Origin: Selaginella moellendorffii | Lineage: Eukaryota; Plantae; Lycopodiophyta | Reading direction: 5' to 3' | DNA: 64,000 nt | Assembly: GCF_000143415.4 (NCBI RefSeq) | Contig: NW_003314338.1 | Coordinates: forward strand, 444,202-508,201 | Shown here: piece after piece, positions 58,805 to 64,000 of the stretch | Layout of the letters: each line of letters begins with the position of its first letter | Position numbering within the stretch: position 1 is the first letter of the stretch | Translations under genes and position numbers: made by a program | The notes under the pieces: generated by a model | What the model saw: the letters and a program-made list of their open reading frames with translations, nothing else | Told to the model about the DNA's origin: nothing | Database searches by the model: none

Positions 58805-58891
58805 CCGGATGCCTCAGGACTAGAGAGCCTGTTTTCTACACCAAAGCTTCAGGTAATACGTGCAAAGCTAGTAAGCATCACCGGCACCCGG
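58805..58891 (-). ncRNA. Box C/D snoRNA, predicted guide for the 18S U in GCUAAUACGUGCAA
   Basis: 9-bp terminal stem CCGGGTGCC/GGCATCCGG, C box GTGATGC, D' box CTGA (58852-58849) preceded by TTGCACGTATTA (complementary to plant 18S TAATACGTGCAA), D box CTGA (58817-58814). Confidence 0.82.
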
Positions 58892-58907
58892 CTATGGTTT
58901 CCACTGC

Positions 58908-59052
58908 CTTTTGTTTGTCACTGAGAAAGCACAAAATGCAATGGAGGTATGCAAAGTGCAAAGAAATGACAGGCATCAATCTAGCACACATTGGTTTCTT
59001 CCAGGACTTGACGCTAAGGACAGTGCCAAAGAGCCAATTGCCCGAGTGTGCG
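58908..59052 (-). ncRNA. Candidate box H/ACA snoRNA
   Basis: Hairpin 1 closed by GCACAC/GTGTGC, hinge AGATTG (imperfect H box), hairpin 2 closed by TGTCATT/AGTGACA, then ACA+3 nt. Adjacent to two C/D snoRNAs on the same strand. Confidence 0.45.
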
Positions 59053-59166
59053 CATCAACAAACACAAGCAAAGAAAAACGCAAGAAAACGAGAGAAAGAA
59101 AAAACCATACCCGATACGGGTTAACAAAGTTTTGATCTCGGGAAAAACATCGACTCGATCACAAAC

Positions 59167-59435
59167 TCACAGGCCCAGCTTGGTCCTTCGCCAGTGCCTC
59201 CTCTTGGCATTGTAGCTACAAGAAAGATAAAACCAAAAGAAGATCAGGAAAATCCGATGACAACGAATACCGGATGGTGTTGTCGGTCCGCATCCTGATC
59301 CAGTGAGGGATTGGGCGATTCTGGCGCAGCTTCTTGCCCAGTTTCTGCTTGATCCGGAACGTCTTGTGCGACGGCTGCGCAAAATCACAAGCTTATCAAT
59401 CCCTGAGCAATCAAACGCGAAGGAAATCATACCAT
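59167..59435 (-). CDS. RPL39: 60S ribosomal protein L39 (eL39), 51 aa; exons 59435-59433, 59374-59271, 59215-59167
   Basis: Splicing gives [51 protein letters not shown], with an intron immediately after the ATG. Confidence 0.97.
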
Positions 59436-59488
59436 GGCGGCAGGGGCAGCGCTCGCTCTCTCCCGAAAATGTGGGGCTCCGCCGCAAT

Positions 59489-59595
59489 CAAACCCTAGCG
59501 CTAGAACCCTAACCCTAGCTAGCACTTTAAAGTAACGTGGCGAGTGACGTGGTAAAAACGTGGTGACATTTTTTGCCAACGCACATGCCACGTAG
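59489..59595. promoter_or_regulatory. RPL39 promoter: telo-boxes and clustered ACGTGG motifs
   Basis: AAACCCTAG and AACCCTAACCCTAG at ~59490-59518; four ACGTGG/CCACGT at ~59535-59593. Telo-boxes are typical of plant ribosomal-protein promoters. Confidence 0.6.
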
Positions 59596-59698
59596 ACTTT
59601 CAGCTGAAAACGGCCTGTACATATTACTTCACTGAAGAGAAAAAAAAACGAACGAAACGAGAAAAAGAGAGGGGAAAAAAAAAACGCAAGATCGATCG

Positions 59699-59705
59699 TC
59701 ACGGC

Positions 59706-59737
<32 letters not shown>

Positions 59738-62700
59738 GTTGATCCCCACACTCGCCGCCTTCTTGCTGCTCACAAGGTAGCCATTCCTCGAGTGATGCAA
59801 GCCTTCGAGCGTCTTGGCCTCGAGCTCCGCGATCGACTTCTGGAGGAGCTGCTCCTTGCGCTGCTGCTCCAGCGTCGTCAATCCAATCTCGCCCTCCGAG
59901 CAAGCCTGCTTGTGATGCACCAGGACGCTGCTCGTTGTCGCCGATCGCTCCACTCCCCTGCTCGAGGCCTTGTCTCTCTCGCAAATCCCACCACCAATCC
60001 TCAGAGCCTGCCGCTGCTCCAGCGATCCCTGTTGCTGCCTCCCCGGCTCTACAGCTTCTCTACCACTAAACTCTCCCACCATCTCGGAGCTCGGCCTCTC
60101 CGAGCACGTCGCGTCCACGAATCTCTCCGAGCCGTCGAACAGCGTCTCGTATCTCAGCACGCCCGGCTCGCAAAGCCCATTCTCCTTCCTGCCCGTCGCG
60201 TCTTGTTGGCTGAGGAAGCTACACTCGGGCCACGTCCCCGCCGGCTTGAGCGTCCGTTCCAGCTCCGGAGATAGCGACGTTGCCTTGGCTATGTCCACCA
60301 AGTCGGCGAAGCAATCGTTGCTGCATGAAGCGGACGATGGACTCGACGGCGGCCTGTGGTGGTCTTCCACTGCTCTCTCCTGGTCGAAGAAGCAAAATCC
60401 TTCGTCGGGCTTGCACACGGCGCTCAAAGACGTTGATGGTGACGACGAAGCGGCTGTGCTTATCCTATAGGCTGTGGACGTCTCCCCAGCGTCGCACTGG
60501 AATGGAAGAGCTTCTTGAGCTGCAGTGTCCACCGCCTGCGAAGCCACCAGTTGCTGCAAGTCGAAGTCCGTGTCCAGCAGCCGGCTCAACGAGTCCATGT
60601 TTTGGTTGTGCGGGCTGGACTGAGGAGAGCTCAGGCTGCTACTGCGCTTGCACCGGCACCTATTCCTAATCTCCAAAAGAGCCGACTCGTGCTTCCTTTG
60701 CAGCTCCCTCAGCTCCTGCTCTTGTCGCATCGCTAGCAGCTTTAACTCCCGGGCAATGGACTCATCTTGCTCGGCCGAACTTGTTGTGACCGCGGCTACT
60801 GTTGTTGTTGCTGCTGCTGCTGCTAGTGCTATGTCGGAGCTACTTTCTGGACCGCTAACTGCATCCTCCGAGGACTCCACCACCATCTGCTGCTCTGGAC
60901 ACCCGCTGCTCTTGATGGTAACCAGCACCTCGTTGCAGCCAGCCCCGTCCGAGTCCACGTTTTGATGCTCCACAATCTTGAGAAGATTCGTTGGTGTCTG
61001 CTCGGTTTTCACGTCCAAGCAAAAGGTTCCCTGACAGGTTGCCACCGGAGAGCTGACTTCTCCTGTGAGATCCCAGTCATCGCCATCCTCGCGAATTTCC
61101 GAGGAACCACTTGAGAAGATGTGAGGTGCATCATACTGGTCGGATCCTTCCGGGTGATATGTGACCTCTTCAAATCTGCCGTGCATGGAGGACGAAGTGC
61201 CCTCCAGTCGAGGAGAATACGACAAGGGCCCTGTTCTCGGAGACCGTGATTTCACACTTGCTTGACCAGCCTCAACAGTCGGACTTTCGGTTCGTGTTTC
61301 GTCGTCCGAGGTCGCGTCTACTGCAGAAGGTGACTCAACTTCCTCCGGTACAGACACTTGAGCTACCGATGGACCTTCTTCTCTCGCTTGTGCTTGATCA
61401 TCCACCTCTGTCACACCATTGTCCTCAAAAGAAGCCCCGGGTCGCCAGTCGGGGACCAAAGCCACGATTGCCGCATCAATCATTTCAGCGATGGTTGTGA
61501 CATCCTGGTCTGAGAGGTCGAGTTCGGCAACCATTTCACTGGCGACACTCATAGCTGTGTCCCCTTCAATGGAAAACGGAAAGTGGATGTTTCGAACGTG
61601 ACCTGTAAAGCGAAAAGTTAAGCTACAGTGCACATAAAAAGCTGAGACCCACCTTCCAAGTCTGCAATGCGAACTCTCAAAAATATCGTGTCGTCGTCTT
61701 TCTTCTTCCCTTTCACCCTGAAGTCTCTGCTTCGTTTTCCTTCTTCCCTGAAAGAAACTCCCTTCTGATAGCTTCCAAGGCCGCCTTGATCTGAATCCGT
61801 CTGGCTTTGCTCGGGGCTAGAAGCTCCAGAAGGAGCGTCGTCACCCTCTTTATTTTCATCGCTCGTTCGGGCGGCGTCACCCATGATTCCGTCCCTGGCC
61901 GGAGAAGCTTCGGTTCTCCTGCTGGTCGAATCAACGGACCCAGGTCTGCACGACGGCTCCTCTTTGATCGTTGAGAGACCTTCCATATCGTCTGCTCTTG
62001 ATGTTGAGCGGGATATCGGTGGTACCAACTCAAGCGGTTCGCGGTCTTCACTCTGAAGAAACGGGTCCATGAGTAGCTCTCTTGCTGGGAGCCTTTTGGA
62101 GACAGTCGCCAGGCATTTCTCAATAAAAGCTCGGACTTCCAGATCCTTCACTCTGTCAAGTGCAGCTGGCTTCTTCCCCTGATGAAACAGCGGTCAAGTC
62201 AAATGTTAATTTAGTGCTAACACGAGGACTTACGGAGGTCACTTTCTTATATATCTGTGCTGCATTCGTACATTCGCTGTAGGGATACTCGAAAGTGACC
62301 ATCTCCAACAAGCACATTCCAAACGAGTAAATGTCCACTAGCTCATTATATTCTTCTTCATACAGCTCAGGAGCCATAAACTCAGGTGTTCCTGTAACAA
62401 AAAACGCTGCTATTTAAAAGACCGTAACACCGGAGCTTACCAATGACACTGTGTGCTGCGTGCGCCTGTCGCAAGATAGCTGCAAGCCCAAGGTCTCCAA
62501 TCTTCACTTCCCCCTGGTTCCCATTCACAAAGATATTGTCGCACTTTAAATCCCTGTGAATAATAGGAGGATTATGACTGTGAAGATAGAGCAAGCCGCG
62601 TAGTATTTGCTTTGCCCAATTCTTGACCGCTCTCATGTCGACATGCTTGTGCTTCTTGCGATACCTTCACACAAAAGACGATCACATGAGCTTCAAGAAA

Positions 62701-63264
62701 GAATTACTAGATATCAAAACATACTGTCGCAAAGTGCCAGACGTGAAAATCTCCGTGATGAAGTTGACATTCTTCGTCTTGGTATCAACCCACGAGTTGT
62801 AGAGCTTGATGATGTTCTTGTGCTTCAAGGATTTGAGAAGATGAACCTCGGAGTAGAGACGCTCCAAATCCTCGGGGCTTTGCAGCACATCTTCCACCTT
62901 AACTTGGTTCCACGCCACCTCAATCCCGTCAACTTCATCGAAAGCCCTGTATCTGCGGAAACAAAGACAATTAAACAGAAACAAAACCTCTCTAAGTACC
63001 AAGAAGAAGCAAAAGGTCTTTTTTGTTAAGCTAACTTACACAGTCTTAAACGCTCCCTTCCCAAGAATTTCATTATACTGCACACGCCAGACAAAAACCT
63101 TTAAAAAGCTACCAGAGAGATTTTAAGCGATCAAAGCTTACCCGACCATAGCGCCCTGTTGGATCACGCTCCACAAACTCGGCTTCCTCGTCCTCCCCTT
63201 CCTTGCCAGATTTTGATTCGTTGCGAGCTTCTTGCGGATGATCCTCTGGTTTCTTATCCGTCAT
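59699..63264 (-). CDS. WNK: WNK (With No Lysine) serine/threonine kinase, multi-exon, long C-terminal tail ending in poly-Q
   Basis: [13 protein letters not shown]|[13 protein letters not shown]|[73 protein letters not shown], and the autoinhibitory region [26 protein letters not shown]. Confidence 0.96.
59705..59737 (-). repeat. (CAG/CAA)n coding repeat, poly-Q at the WNK C-terminus
   Basis: GCTGCTGTTGTTGCTGCTGCTG... immediately before the stop codon. Confidence 0.85.
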
Positions 63265-64000
63265 CTCGTCTTGCTAGCAACTAACCCTAGGACACAAACC
63301 CTAGCACCCGGAAGAACCTGGAAGAAACGAGCCCGGATCAGCCAGATCGAATGCCGATGCGCGATCGGCAGCGCGATAATCCGCCGATCCAAGCACAAGG
63401 CCAGGGACCGGGCTACTCTCGTTCATCTCGCGAAATGGCGCGCATCCCGCCGGCGAAATCTTTGATCTTGATCTTCCCGCGGCGATGGAGAGGAGAAAGA
63501 GGGAAGAGGAGGAGGCGATCGCGAATTACGCGGCGGTGGATCTAGAGGTATCCAAGAGAATGCCGGGTCCGCCAAGCGCCGCTCCATGCTGCTGCTCCTC
63601 CTCGCCCAGACCTAAGCTGCGGCGTGAGTGCCATGAATCACGTCCACGTTTTTTGCCCCGGGAAGGGAATCGAACCCGTGACCCGGCTATGAAAAAGAGA
63701 CAAAAGGCTAGCGGGTAATAAGTAACTTTATCTCTTTACCGGCTTTATCCCGGCAAGTTGACACTTTCTTCGCGATTTGCATGTTCTTCATGCTGGCTCG
63801 AGTATATCTATATCGAAAATGGAGAGATTTCTTTAGTTCCCGGGAGTGTTTAAAGTTACCTCTTTTCTCCACATTTTCTGGAAGATCTCGTCGTCAACAA
63901 TCGCAGTGGCGGACTCGTAGCTCAGGCAGCGTTTCGAGAAAGCACTCAAGGCACGCTTATCTTTGGCGCTGGATTTCTACATAAGACAAAGAGAAATGTG

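Noticed and set aside
59711-60965. Several 100-190-aa plus-strand ORFs
   Set aside because: Antisense shadows of the long GC-rich WNK terminal exon.

Overview
Eukaryotic nuclear DNA from a compact land-plant genome, most likely the lycophyte Selaginella (inferred from 50-70 nt introns, very high gene density and intronless PLS-class PPR genes built of tandem ~31-aa repeats). Two GC-richer, gene-dense arms flank an AT-rich island of ~29.5 kb (~21.5-50.9 kb). The left arm (1-21.5 kb) holds a RelA/SpoT homolog, a small unknown protein, DUF868, a decayed spastin-like AAA ATPase, PIG-Y, a RING-H2 gene, a small membrane protein and four PPR genes. The right arm (51-64 kb) holds a SIG5-like plastid sigma factor, a BOP-like BTB-ankyrin gene, a snoRNA cluster, RPL39 and a WNK kinase. 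The island consists of nested, decayed transposons with two assembly gaps. Main points of interest: (1) PPR genes that appear to have no promoter of their own (PIG-Y stop 12 nt before a PPR ATG, RING->PPR on the other side of the same short divergent promoter, and two PPR ATGs 24 nt apart head-to-head); (2) a family of ~194-bp Cassandra-like LTRs carrying the 5S rRNA internal promoter region; (3) an intact, very AT-rich, intronless B-lectin ORF inside the island; (4) an unannotated snoRNA cluster just downstream of RPL39; (5) a near-perfect 110-nt hairpin, a kb-scale inverted repeat and a telomeric palindrome. All calls were read by eye; no database searches were run.
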